In this document: positions 35,857 through 46,529 of the stretch, piece by piece
Layout: each line of letters opens with the position of its first letter
Position numbering within the stretch: position 1 is the stretch's first letter
IMG/VR virus record: IMGVR_UViG_3300014205_000170
Coordinates: 320,001 to 384,000 of that record
Strand: one strand, 5' to 3'
Source: a virus
Lineage: Duplodnaviria > Caudoviricetes
Length of the DNA stretch: 64,000 nt
Notes under the pieces: model-generated
Database searches by the model: none
Seen by the model: only the letters and a program-made list of their open reading frames with translations
Told to the model about the DNA's origin: nothing
Program-made: the position numbers and the translations under genes

Positions 35857-37416
35857 TTAAGAGTAAACTTGTGCGTAAGTGTTCAAGTTATCAAGAAGGA
35901 TTACTCCGTAGAAACGGTTGTTAATCATTTTCTTTGCATAACGAGTCATGATACCTTTACGAGGTGTGAAATCGTTCGGGTCATAGATAGTAGCAGTTAA
36001 TTGAAGTGGAATGTATGGAGCATACACGTAACCAGCTTCCAAGAAAGTGTTACCTTTGTGACCAATCAACACAGTACCAGCAGGCATATAAGGGTCTTTG
36101 TAAACCACATATCTGTTTCCTAAGTTACCGATTTTCTCAACACCAAGGTTGTATTTTTCTGTTTCTGGAGAAGCAGAAGAATCTACGTGGAAATATTCAA
36201 GGTCATCAAATATTGCACCGGCTTCTGCTGAACAGATAATCCAGTTTGCACCACCACGTAAAGTAGCCTTGTGAATTTGAGCTGAAAGCTCGTTAATTCT
36301 TGTGATAAGAGTTTGATTCCAATCTTTTTGAGTTCCGAAGAAGTTAGCATTGTTTTTTAAACCTGCATAATCCCAACGTGCTTCAAACATAGCCTCTTGT
36401 ACAAGGTCACGGATGATTTCACGGTCGATTTCAGCAGCAATTTCTTCAGAAAGAAGAGCAGTTAACTCAGCTTCAGCATCAATTGAGTGATAAGCTTCTA
36501 AATCTTGAGCAAGTTCAGGAGTCCAGTGAGCTCTCATTTTTCTTGTAACAGTGTTAACGGTTACAGAAGAGAAACGGATTGTAAGCTCAGACATTTCTGA
36601 TTTAGCTTCAAGGTCATTGTAGATTTGGTAAGTTGGGATGAAACTAAAGTTTTGCAATAAAGCATAGTTAAAGTCTGAACCATAGATACCAGCAGGACGT
36701 ACATCAAGAACTACACTAGTACTTTGAGCAGAGAACATATCCGCACCCCATTTTTGAAGTGATGAATAATATTTAATGCTTGCACCAGCAGCAAATAAAG
36801 TTGTACCATTATATACAACAGCAGTTACAGCTGACATTGCTAATGAAGCAGATGATTGAGCTTTGCTTACATCGAAAGATGTACCTAAAGCAACTAATCT
36901 TTCGATTAATCCAGTAGTTGTATCAGCAGAACCTACAGTCACTTGTGTTCCATAAGCAGTACTTGCAGTACCAAAAGAAGTATCATAACCACGGTTATCA
37001 TAAAATCTTTCGTAAGCAGAGTTGTTGCTGAAAGTTGGACCAGCTTGATTGTTTGCAGTATTTTGAGGTGCTACTTGGTTAGTAGATACTCTTGCGTCCA
37101 TGTAGAACAATAAACCTGAAGGTAAAGCCAAAGGCTGTACAGACACGATTTCGTTCGCAAGTAAACGAGAGAAGATACGTCTTACCATAGGGAAAGCCAC
37201 TGTATCAAAACGACCTGCAGATGAATCAAGGGTAACCTCGTTCAACATATGAGAAGCTTGGTTCTCAAGTAACTGAGCAATGTTTTGTTTTTTGCCAGTA
37301 TTTAAACCTTCAAGTAAACCTGAGTTCTCCCAGTTCTTGATGATTGTTTTTCTTTGTTCGGACAAGTTTCTAAGGGTTGTTAAACCAACCTGTCCACTGT
37401 TTAATAATTCACTCAT
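35857..37416 (-). CDS. Major capsid protein (T4 gp23-like)
   Basis: LLENQ, VSVQP, ELAQDLEAYHSIDAEAEL, EIDREII, YAPYIPL, PRKGIMTRY. Confidence 0.95.
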   Translation of the reverse strand: MSELLNSGQVGLTTLRNLSEQRKTIIKNWENSGLLEGLNTGKKQNIAQLLENQASHMLNEVTLDSSAGRFDTVAFPMVRRIFSRLLANEIVSVQPLALPSGLLFYMDARVSTNQVAPQNTANNQAGPTFSNNSAYERFYDNRGYDTSFGTASTAYGTQVTVGSADTTTGLIERLVALGTSFDVSKAQSSASLAMSAVTAVVYNGTTLFAAGASIKYYSSLQKWGADMFSAQSTSVVLDVRPAGIYGSDFNYALLQNFSFIPTYQIYNDLEAKSEMSELTIRFSSVTVNTVTRKMRAHWTPELAQDLEAYHSIDAEAELTALLSEEIAAEIDREIIRDLVQEAMFEARWDYAGLKNNANFFGTQKDWNQTLITRINELSAQIHKATLRGGANWIICSAEAGAIFDDLEYFHVDSSASPETEKYNLGVEKIGNLGNRYVVYKDPYMPAGTVLIGHKGNTFLEAGYVYAPYIPLQLTATIYDPNDFTPRKGIMTRYAKKMINNRFYGVILLDNLNTYAQVYS

Positions 37417-37449
37417 TTTGTTTGTTTTTTTTTAATTTATGGGTTTTTT

Positions 37450-38925
37450 TTACTCTTCAACTTTTTTAGAAATTCCAGCTAATCTTTTCATTCTTCTAAT
37501 CTCATCACTTTCATAAAGTGTTTGAGTGTTTGAAGAAATCATAACTGCCGGACTTGAAGATTTTAATTTATCAATTGATGTCGTTTTAGTAGATTTTGAA
37601 TCTTTCATTTCGTTAAGGAAATTATTGTAAAGTTTTTTTGCATCTTCGATAGATTCAACTTTATCAAATTCCTCAGCGATTTTAATTTTCTCATCATTTG
37701 TAAGACCACCATTGGTGAAGAGCTTGTTAGCATAAGCTAATTTTGCATTAAAAATCTGCACTTCATTGATTTGTTTTCTAAGGACAATAAAAGATTCTTT
37801 GTACTCTTTTAGAGTTGCAGATAATCCTTGTTTTTCCTTTTTTAAACTTTCGTTTTCCTTTGAGAGCTCGTCGAATTTCGACCCATATTGAGCTTTAATT
37901 TTATCAATACCTTCTTTAAGAGCATTTTGTGACATTGGAGCTTGAGGATTGTGGTGCCCTTTTTGAGCTTTTATATGTCCTCTTCTTCCAGCTTTGTTTT
38001 CAGTAGAGAATGATACACCAAGAACTTCGTCCATGTTAGCATCGTCTTCTTCTGCATCTTCGTCAACAATTTCAAGCTCATTAAATAATTCCATTATAGA
38101 ATCAGAATTAAGTTCATTCATATCGTCTTCCAATTCATAAACAACATCAGTTTCTTCCATGTGACCTTCGTCTTCCATTTCATAAACTACTTCTTCATCA
38201 GTATCATCATCTAATTCAAATTCATCTTCTTGTAAAGCAGGTGCTGGAGCAGGTACCGGAGTTTCATCAGGAATTGCTGTTCCACCAGGAACTTGTGTGT
38301 TAGCATCAGGAGCAATTTCTCCTTCTGGTTCATCTTCAATAATTGAAACTTCGCCTTCACCTTCTTGGTTTCCACCTTCTGCAGAAATAGCATCTATTTT
38401 ACTTAAAATATCATCCAATTTACTGTTCACAGTTTGAATTGTTGCTTCTTCTGTTGCAGGAGCCTCAGCACCCTGAACTGCATCCGGTGTTTCTACTGGA
38501 GCAACTTCTGCATTTGGTTGTGCAGGTTGTACAGCATCATTAGGTTCATTTAAACCTTCAATTTCAAAGATTTCTTCCATATCTTCTTCGTTGTTGTTGT
38601 TTGTAATTTCTTCTGGTGTTTCTTCTGTTTCATCAGAAATTTCACCTTCAATATCATTTGTAATTTCTGGAATTTCTACATCTCCATTAGAAGGTGTATT
38701 TTCACTAGAAATTTTAATTGTTAATTCAGCATTTTGTGGAAGTTCAACATTCAATCCTTCTTTAAGAGATTCTTGTTCATAGTCTTTTAAAGCTTGATTA
38801 GCAACTTCCTTAATTTTTGGAGCTAATTCTTCCTCAAGAATTTTTTTAGCCTTTTCGATAGCAGATTTTTCAATTTCTCTAGCTTCGATTAATGCTTCTT
38901 GTATTGAACTTTTTTTGATACTCAT
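37450..38925 (-). CDS. Prohead scaffold/core protein
   Basis: Very acidic with coiled-coil C-terminus; lies between protease and capsid genes. Confidence 0.75.
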   Translation of the reverse strand: MSIKKSSIQEALIEAREIEKSAIEKAKKILEEELAPKIKEVANQALKDYEQESLKEGLNVELPQNAELTIKISSENTPSNGDVEIPEITNDIEGEISDETEETPEEITNNNNEEDMEEIFEIEGLNEPNDAVQPAQPNAEVAPVETPDAVQGAEAPATEEATIQTVNSKLDDILSKIDAISAEGGNQEGEGEVSIIEDEPEGEIAPDANTQVPGGTAIPDETPVPAPAPALQEDEFELDDDTDEEVVYEMEDEGHMEETDVVYELEDDMNELNSDSIMELFNELEIVDEDAEEDDANMDEVLGVSFSTENKAGRRGHIKAQKGHHNPQAPMSQNALKEGIDKIKAQYGSKFDELSKENESLKKEKQGLSATLKEYKESFIVLRKQINEVQIFNAKLAYANKLFTNGGLTNDEKIKIAEEFDKVESIEDAKKLYNNFLNEMKDSKSTKTTSIDKLKSSSPAVMISSNTQTLYESDEIRRMKRLAGISKKVEE

Positions 38926-38996
38926 CTCTGTTTTTATTTAAGGATGCTTTATTTCAACATAAATAGTAGATAAAAAAGCAAATTCCATTTTATTTG

Positions 38997-39665
38997 TTAC
39001 TTTGTCCAAAATTTTTGGTTAGCAACATCTAATAATTGTTTTAATTTGATTGTCTTTGCGCTATTTTCAACCTCATCTGCTCTTAAAGTTTTAAAACTTT
39101 CGTCTGTAATTTTCTTTAAACCAACTTTTCCAGCTTCGAAACCTTCTTTAAACATATATGCGCCTGGAGTGGATGGAGATGAAACAAAATCAAAAGCGAT
39201 TAATTCAAAATCTTCCTGAACAACATCTGCACCGGTTTGGCTTTTTACAGAACCAACACCTCTTGATGAAATACCAAGCATAACTCCGCTTCTTAATAAA
39301 CCTTTTAAAATATTTCCTGATGGAGTGTCAATAATTTCTACTTCTCCGTATAAAGTTTCGCCATCCCACCACATTTTAGTAACTAAGTGAGAAACATTCG
39401 ATAATGAAACAACAGCCGAATCAGGATGGTCACATTCTCCTAATGCTCTTCTTTCTCTAACTAATTCTTGATATTTTTCAACTTCTCTTTTTAAAATATC
39501 ATATGGATATTTTCTTCCATTTCTATTTAAAGTATTAGCTTTTTGTAAAATCCCTTTTAATATTACAGGTAAATTTTTTTCTTCTGCTTCTTTAATTATA
39601 GTCCTTAAATTTTCAGGATTAAAAGCATAGAATTCACTAATGATATATTTACTTTCTTGTGACAT
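38997..39665 (-). CDS. Prohead protease (T4 gp21-like)
   Basis: NRNGRKY, ALGECDHP, TPSG, GISSRGVGS, DFVSSPS. Confidence 0.92.
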   Translation of the reverse strand: MSQESKYIISEFYAFNPENLRTIIKEAEEKNLPVILKGILQKANTLNRNGRKYPYDILKREVEKYQELVRERRALGECDHPDSAVVSLSNVSHLVTKMWWDGETLYGEVEIIDTPSGNILKGLLRSGVMLGISSRGVGSVKSQTGADVVQEDFELIAFDFVSSPSTPGAYMFKEGFEAGKVGLKKITDESFKTLRADEVENSAKTIKLKQLLDVANQKFWTK

Positions 39666-39721
39666 TATTTCTTTTTTTAGTAAATAGCTTTGAAAAAAAT
39701 AAGTTCACACATATTTAAACT

Positions 39722-40675
39722 ATGATGAAGCATGATTGTAATAATAATTTCAGAAGCATTATTAGAGAAATGTTTGTTGAACAATTACAGTTATTTTCTT
39801 TAAAAAAAACCTTATCTAAATATTACGAGACCAATTCTTATGGTCAAAAAGGTGATAGAACAACTATAACAATACCGAAAATTGAAAATTCAAAACTTAA
39901 TTGGTTATTCTTTCAATTATTAGATATAATTGATGAATTATTAATTAATCATATAGAGAGTGATGATTTTACAAATCCTGAACACTGGGGATTTAAACCA
40001 GATGGTGTTTTGGGGTTATATGATATTGGATTTGGTAATTATTATGCACAATTTAAAAATGACTTAGAAGATATACCAATTGAACTAGGAGAAGATTATA
40101 TATCGCAAATATTAAGAAAATTGAATATAAAATCCGCTGATTTAATTGGCGGAGGAATGAATGGAAGCGCATATGAGATTGGAGATAATAAAATTTTAAA
40201 AATAACTCGCGACCGTTCAGAAGCAGTTAATTGTCAAAAAATAATTGGTAAAAAACTTAAACATTTGGCTGACATTTATACTGTTAAACAATTTAAAATA
40301 GATGGTAGAATAAATTATGTAATTCTATTAGAAAAATTAAGAAATGAAAATAAAATTACTCAATTAGCTAAAGAATTATCAGATGTATTTGATAAACAGA
40401 GAAACAAGCATTTAGATATATCTATCCTTAATGCTATAAAGAAAAAACACCCTATTGTAGCAGATTTTATTCTTGATATGAATCAAAATGGTTATGAAAA
40501 AACTTGGGATAAATGGCGCAATAAACTTGTTGATGAAAAATTAATCACACAATATGATTGGAATGATATAAGTGAAATTTCACAATGGGTAAAAGGTTCA
40601 ATCGAAAATAAAAATGACATTATGGATGAGCCTCCACATTATGTGATTGATTTAATAAAATTTCTAATTTTATAA
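39722..40675 (+). CDS. Protein-kinase-like protein with permuted motif order
   Basis: DDFTNPEHWG...LYDIG precedes IGGGMNGSAY...ILKIT...E...LEKL. Confidence 0.55.
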   Translation: MMKHDCNNNFRSIIREMFVEQLQLFSLKKTLSKYYETNSYGQKGDRTTITIPKIENSKLNWLFFQLLDIIDELLINHIESDDFTNPEHWGFKPDGVLGLYDIGFGNYYAQFKNDLEDIPIELGEDYISQILRKLNIKSADLIGGGMNGSAYEIGDNKILKITRDRSEAVNCQKIIGKKLKHLADIYTVKQFKIDGRINYVILLEKLRNENKITQLAKELSDVFDKQRNKHLDISILNAIKKKHPIVADFILDMNQNGYEKTWDKWRNKLVDEKLITQYDWNDISEISQWVKGSIENKNDIMDEPPHYVIDLIKFLIL

Positions 40676-40676
40676 A

Positions 40677-41492
40677 TTATTCTGATTTTGTTATATCGTT
40701 TATAGACGTTTCTCCGTTTAATACTTTCTCAGTATCTTTATCTATAATATCTGCAAACTCTATTTCACAAAACGTGCCACAATCCGGTAAAATAGGAGCT
40801 TCATGTCTTCCTTCTTCCGGACCCAGTTCGTCAAGGAATTTATTTTTGATACAACTGCGACCTATTTTTCTTTCCAATTTTGCCATTTTATCAAAATGTT
40901 CAGGAAAATGTTTTCTTACTTGATTTGCATATCCTTTGCCGCCCTTAACACACATAATACAATTATTATTATGAAATCCTAATTTGTACATTGTGGGCAA
41001 TTCAATACCATTATTTAATAAAATACCGGCACATTGCTCTTTGGTTAATTTAGAATCAATTAAAGGAAAAACAGGGTTTGTATGAGGGTATTGTTGAGAG
41101 AATCGAATAGCTCTATTTATCTCCTTTTTTTCAAATTCAAAACCGAATACTTGATTCTCAAAATTTGCTATTTCTTTTTCAACGGCAACTCGCACATCTT
41201 TTTTTAATTCTTTTGTACATCTTGCTCCGCCGGGCCCATTCACATATCTCGTTTTTTCAATAACATCAAATTGGTCTTTGTATTTTGAAGACCTACGACG
41301 TTCTACCGGTAATCCAATCCATTTTTCACAATCAGCTATAAAACGCGCATTATCTTCGTGGGCTGAATCTATTTCAAAATATACTAAAACTACATTGTCT
41401 TTACCATATTTATCTACTGCTAATTTACAAGCTACTGCGCTGGTGATACCACAGCTGAACCAACCTATTATTTTTTTATTTTTAATTTCCAT
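40677..41492 (-). CDS. PAPS-reductase-family (PP-loop) protein
   Basis: WFSCGITSA, CTKELKK, FPLID, MYKLGFHNNNC..CVKGG. Confidence 0.8.
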   Translation of the reverse strand: MEIKNKKIIGWFSCGITSAVACKLAVDKYGKDNVVLVYFEIDSAHEDNARFIADCEKWIGLPVERRRSSKYKDQFDVIEKTRYVNGPGGARCTKELKKDVRVAVEKEIANFENQVFGFEFEKKEINRAIRFSQQYPHTNPVFPLIDSKLTKEQCAGILLNNGIELPTMYKLGFHNNNCIMCVKGGKGYANQVRKHFPEHFDKMAKLERKIGRSCIKNKFLDELGPEEGRHEAPILPDCGTFCEIEFADIIDKDTEKVLNGETSINDITKSE

Positions 41493-42034
41493 TACTTATT
41501 TTTATGTATGCTAAAATCTAACTTCCCTTTTAATAAATCTGTATTTGCTATTTTTTCAGAGATTTTCATCATTTCATTAAACAATTCATTGTCCTCTTTA
41601 TCTTTTAGAGAATAGTTACAATCTCTATCTAAACAATTGGCGGTATGAAGATTTAACTCTATTGAGGTAAAACTCTTTTTATTATTATAATTTAAATTTT
41701 CAGGAAATTCATGTATATAAATATTATCATAATATAAAGGAAACAGTTTATTATTCTCAAGAATAGATTTTAGATGTATTTTATAAATATCTTTTAGTTC
41801 TTTTGAATAGTGCCTAGAGATGGTTTTATCGAAATTATCGCATATATCACCTCTATCTTTAATGTCAACCCAGAAAGTCACATTGATATATACGGTTTGA
41901 GGTCTGTTCTTATCCTCCGCTGTCCCTAGCCTAAAACAAATGTTAGGGTTTTTAAATTTAGACCCGTCGATTTTTATCTCTCTTCCTGGCCTTTCGTTTT
42001 TCTTTGTATGAGTTGATACTTCATATTCATTCAT
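41492..42034 (-). CDS. Hypothetical protein
   Basis: ORF track 41492-42076; ATG at 42034 is the likelier start. Confidence 0.6.
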   Translation of the reverse strand: MNEYEVSTHTKKNERPGREIKIDGSKFKNPNICFRLGTAEDKNRPQTVYINVTFWVDIKDRGDICDNFDKTISRHYSKELKDIYKIHLKSILENNKLFPLYYDNIYIHEFPENLNYNNKKSFTSIELNLHTANCLDRDCNYSLKDKEDNELFNEMMKISEKIANTDLLKGKLDFSIHKNK

Positions 42035-42214
42035 AATTTTTTTTGGTTCAACAATAAGTGAATTACCTAATTTCAAATCTAAAGGGTTTTTATCTGAAAG
42101 TCAATATCTTCCTAGGTCAAAATAAATCTGGGGGTTTTACTAAAAATCTATTAAAATAAATTATGATATCACTTTATTTGTGTTATATTTGTAACACAAA
42201 AAACACAAACACTT

Positions 42215-45200
42215 ATGGCTAGATGTACCTGTAAAAACGAAGGATGTATGCATAAAAAACCTATGGTTCATTTACACTTACACACCGGCTATTCTCTTTT
42301 GGATGGAGCAGCACATATTGATGATTATATCGAATTAGCAAAAGAATATAATCATCCAGCAATTACTATTTTGGACCACGGACATGCTTCTGGAACTTTT
42401 GAATTTTTTACAAAATGTAAAAATGCAGGAATAAAACCAGTTCTTGGAATGGAAGCTTATGTAAATGATAAAATCTCAGAAATAAATGATGATAAAAGTT
42501 TACAAGGAATTGAAAGAAAAGATACACATCAATCGATTATTATTAAAAATCAAGAAGGTTTTGTTAATTTAAATAAACTGATTTACAAATCTTTCACAGA
42601 AGGATATTATTATCGTGGTCGAATTACAACAGAATGGCTTATAGATAATAAAAGTGGTTTATTACTTACTACTAGTTGTATGGCAAGTAAATTGGCCAGA
42701 CTTGTAAATGAGGGTAAAGAAAAAGAAGCAGAGGAAAGACTACAACTTTTAATGCGAGAATTTGGTGATGACCTTGTGGCTGAATTACAATTTAATGAAA
42801 TTCCAGAACAAAAAAAATATAATCATTTTATTTTAAAAATGATTAAAAAATATTCTTTAATGCCGATTCTTACCGGTGATGTTCATTACGCTTACCCAGA
42901 AGACAATCGATTACAAGATGTTTTAATCTCTATTAATCAACATACAACTGTTGATGACCCAACAGCATTTAAATTAAATGCTAGGCATCTTTATTATGCG
43001 AATAGAGATGATTTTTATAAAATGAATAAAGACTTTGGTTTTAATTATCCAGAACATTTTTTACAAGAATGTTTAGATAATACATTAAAAGTGGCAGAAA
43101 AATGTAATTTTGAATTTGAGACTGGTGTTGAAAAATTTCCTCAATACGAACCAACAAAAGATGTCGTAGATTATTTTAAAGTAGACACAACAAAAGGAAT
43201 TATCACAAAATTGGCACATGCAAAATTAAGTCAAAAATTAAAAATATATCAAAAAAATGGTCTTGTAAAAATTGATGATGAAGTAATACAAAAATATAAA
43301 GATAGACTTGATTATGAATTGAAAGTAATTGATGACAAAAAGATGTTAGATTACTTTATGGTTATTTGGGAATTAATCAGATTTTGTAAAGAAAATGATA
43401 TTGCGGTTGGACCAGGTAGAGGCTCTGCAGCAGGTTCTTTATTATCGTGGTGTTTAGATATTACTAAAATAGATTCATTAAGATTTAATCTATTTTTTGA
43501 AAGATTTTTAAATCCAGAAAGAAAAGGTTTTCCTGATATTGATATTGATTTTGAAGCTGGAACTGATGAAAAAACCTTACAGTTTTTATATGATAAATAC
43601 GGAAAAGAGCGCGTTGTACCAGTAATAACTTTTGGAACATTCAATGAAAAAGGTTGTTTAAAAGATGTAGTTCGTGCATTAGGTGGGGATTCTGGTTTTG
43701 AATCAGATGTTTTTGCAGTTACAAAAGAAATGCCTACAAAACCAACTTGGGATATTTCTCTTGAGGAGTGGTTTGAAACTTGGCCAAATAGTCCAGAATG
43801 TTCTGAGCGAGTGAAACAATGGTTAACAAATCCTGACAATGAAGAAATTTTAAGATTAACTTTAAAATTACAAGGTCAGATTCGAAACGTAGGAAAACAT
43901 GCCGCTGGAATAGTTATTACCCCTGGACCTATTTGGGAAAGTATGCCAGTGAATATTTCTAAAGGACAAATCGTATCAGGATTTCAAGAATCAGGAAGTG
44001 GAAAGAATCTTTCAGACCTTGGAATTTTAAAGTTAGATAGATTGAAATTAGAAACATTAAATGTAATCAAGGACGCTATTAAACTTATTAAAGAAACAAG
44101 AGGAATAGATATTCAAGAACAAGTTGATTACGTTAATTTAGAAGACCCTAATTTGTTTTTAGAATTAATGTTAGGAAATAACCAAGGAGTATTTCAATTT
44201 GAGTCAGAAGGAATGAATGCTTTAATTCGAGGCATTAAAGTAGAAACTTTTAATGAATTGGTTGCTGCAAATGCTTTATATCGTCCAGGTCCAATGGGAA
44301 TTGGTGCACATGAAGAATTTATTAGAAATAAATTTAATCCTAACTTAAGAACATATGCTCACGATTCTTTAGCACCTCTTTTGGCTGACACAAATGGCGT
44401 TTTGATTTTTCAAGAACAACTAATGTTTATTGCAAACAATTTAGCAGGAATGACATTGGGAGAAGGTGATAACTTAAGAAAATACATGGATTCTGCTGGA
44501 AAAATAATAGCAAAAAAGCTGCGTGGAGAACAATTATCAGAGGATGAATTAAAAAACAAAAATTACAAAGGTTACGTTGAATTGTGGACCAAATTTATCG
44601 AAGGAGCTAAGAAACAAGGACTATCAGAAAAAGAAGTAGCTGCTATTGAAGATTGGTTAATTAAATATTTAGGATATTCATTTAATTTAAGTCATGCTTT
44701 AAGCTATAGTTACGTTGCAATGCAAACTTTATTTTTAAAGCATTATTATCCAACTGAGTTTTATACAGCGTTATTAAATCATCCTAAAAACAACAGTGAT
44801 AAAGACAAGGAAAAACAATGGTTACAAGCAGCACTTTTATCCGCTATGTCAAAAGGAATCGAAATTGTTCCTCCGGCAAGACAATCAAAATGGGCATGGA
44901 CCTTTATTGAAGATAAAAGAATTGCTATGGGATTTTCTGGTATTAATGGAATGGGAGAGATTGCATATCATGAATTAAAATCTAAGAAAATTTCAAACTT
45001 AAACAAAGACGAATTTTTTGCAATACCATTTAAGAAATTTAATAAAGGTAGTTTTGAAGCATGTTTAAAGGCGGGATTATTTGATGATTGGTCAGATTCT
45101 AGAGAAGAAATTTTAGAATGGAGAAAAGCTAAATTGAAAAACGTCATGCAGTTAGACATTTTTGGTAACCATGGTGTAAATACAGTAACTGTTTATAGAA

Positions 45201-45595
45201 AGTTTCAAAAAACTTTAGATGATGTAAAACAACAACAATTTTTAGATGTATGTAATCTAGATTTAAAATTATTAAGAAAAATACATAATTTAAGAAAAGA
45301 ATTCGTTAAGGAATATGGATTAGAAGTAGAACCGGTTACGAATTTTAGTGATGAAAAAAATTATTATTATTTTTGTTTAAATAGAATTGAAGAGAAATTA
45401 ACTAAAAAGAATACAAAAATGTATATTTTACATTTATCAGATGGAGCTACTGTAAAAAAGGTAGTTATGTGGGATAGAATGTATAAAAGTTTAGCTAATA
45501 AATTACAAAAGGATAGTATATATTTAACTAAATTTATAAAAGATAAAGGATGGCTTTCTTTTAATGCAAGTGCAGAATTTAGAAAAGTGTTTTAA
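42215..45595 (+). CDS. dnaE: DNA polymerase III alpha subunit (family C)
   Basis: PHP domain HLHLHTGYSLLDG; GPGRGSAAGSL, FERFLNPER, PDIDIDF, HAAG, FQFES, LYRPGP, YSFNLSHA. Confidence 0.95.
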   Translation: MARCTCKNEGCMHKKPMVHLHLHTGYSLLDGAAHIDDYIELAKEYNHPAITILDHGHASGTFEFFTKCKNAGIKPVLGMEAYVNDKISEINDDKSLQGIERKDTHQSIIIKNQEGFVNLNKLIYKSFTEGYYYRGRITTEWLIDNKSGLLLTTSCMASKLARLVNEGKEKEAEERLQLLMREFGDDLVAELQFNEIPEQKKYNHFILKMIKKYSLMPILTGDVHYAYPEDNRLQDVLISINQHTTVDDPTAFKLNARHLYYANRDDFYKMNKDFGFNYPEHFLQECLDNTLKVAEKCNFEFETGVEKFPQYEPTKDVVDYFKVDTTKGIITKLAHAKLSQKLKIYQKNGLVKIDDEVIQKYKDRLDYELKVIDDKKMLDYFMVIWELIRFCKENDIAVGPGRGSAAGSLLSWCLDITKIDSLRFNLFFERFLNPERKGFPDIDIDFEAGTDEKTLQFLYDKYGKERVVPVITFGTFNEKGCLKDVVRALGGDSGFESDVFAVTKEMPTKPTWDISLEEWFETWPNSPECSERVKQWLTNPDNEEILRLTLKLQGQIRNVGKHAAGIVITPGPIWESMPVNISKGQIVSGFQESGSGKNLSDLGILKLDRLKLETLNVIKDAIKLIKETRGIDIQEQVDYVNLEDPNLFLELMLGNNQGVFQFESEGMNALIRGIKVETFNELVAANALYRPGPMGIGAHEEFIRNKFNPNLRTYAHDSLAPLLADTNGVLIFQEQLMFIANNLAGMTLGEGDNLRKYMDSAGKIIAKKLRGEQLSEDELKNKNYKGYVELWTKFIEGAKKQGLSEKEVAAIEDWLIKYLGYSFNLSHALSYSYVAMQTLFLKHYYPTEFYTALLNHPKNNSDKDKEKQWLQAALLSAMSKGIEIVPPARQSKWAWTFIEDKRIAMGFSGINGMGEIAYHELKSKKISNLNKDEFFAIPFKKFNKGSFEACLKAGLFDDWSDSREEILEWRKAKLKNVMQLDIFGNHGVNTVTVYRKFQKTLDDVKQQQFLDVCNLDLKLLRKIHNLRKEFVKEYGLEVEPVTNFSDEKNYYYFCLNRIEEKLTKKNTKMYILHLSDGATVKKVVMWDRMYKSLANKLQKDSIYLTKFIKDKGWLSFNASAEFRKVF

Positions 45596-46102
45596 TTATT
45601 TTTTATTTTTCTTTTTCTTGTCTCCTAAAATTAAACTTTGTAAAGCGTCTAATTTTTTGCTTACTGCAGTATGTATATTGTCTGGAACTATTTTCAACAC
45701 ATGTAAATTTTCAAAAATACTTACAATTAAAGTTGCGATAAAGCCTCCGTATAATATTCCAGGTAACCAACTATAAAAAGAACTAAATTTTGCTACATTG
45801 GAAGCTACTGCTAAAAGAGTAGTGTAGGTTATCATAATAACTAATATTCTTGGTAATCTAGCACTAGAAAATGTACGATTTTTAATAGCTTTTAAAATAC
45901 CCGTAGCTGCATCGAATAAAATTAAAAACAACATAAAATACACTGCATTGGCATCGCTCCAGATATAATTACTGATAAATGTTGTCATTACTGCTACAAA
46001 AGAAGCACAACCATTAAATGCTGCTTGTTTTAATCCTAATGTTGTTTGCATATATTCATGCCAGTTTGCATACCCAAATATAAGGTGGTTATCTTTTTGC
46101 AT
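45596..46102 (-). CDS. Holin-family membrane protein
   Basis: LILFDAATGILKA...FSS, SIFENL, basic C-terminus; start probably ATG 46102. Confidence 0.65.
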   Translation of the reverse strand: MQKDNHLIFGYANWHEYMQTTLGLKQAAFNGCASFVAVMTTFISNYIWSDANAVYFMLFLILFDAATGILKAIKNRTFSSARLPRILVIMITYTTLLAVASNVAKFSSFYSWLPGILYGGFIATLIVSIFENLHVLKIVPDNIHTAVSKKLDALQSLILGDKKKKNKK

Positions 46103-46205
46103 ATCAAGATTTTTATCGTTAAATTTGCTTAACTCAACGGATGTTTTTGTCGTTTCTAACATTTTCATCGGTTTAAAATAATTAGACAAAAAAAATATAA
46201 ATTCT

Positions 46206-46529
46206 ATGGAAAAAGCTAAATTTACGTACATTAAAGATGATGGTACAACCTCAGAAAGACAAATTCTACGCCCTTCCTTCTTAAAGGAGTCAACAAACTC
46301 ATTAAAACAGTTTGATAAAGAGGATGTAAAATATGTACGCGGTTATGAATTAAATCAAGCCGGTTTATCTGAATCAGAAATCGAAAAATATGAAGAAGTT
46401 TTAGAAGATTATTATGATTTAGCAATACCAACCATTCAAGAATATTTTAAAGAACAAGGATTGGATGCTTCAAAATTGATGGAAAAATCTTTTAAAAAAA
46501 ATAACATAAGGGATTTTAAAACATTGTAG
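46206..46529 (+). CDS. Hypothetical protein
   Basis: 107 aa; FTYIKDDGTTSER N-terminus. Confidence 0.6.
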   Translation: MEKAKFTYIKDDGTTSERQILRPSFLKESTNSLKQFDKEDVKYVRGYELNQAGLSESEIEKYEEVLEDYYDLAIPTIQEYFKEQGLDASKLMEKSFKKNNIRDFKTL

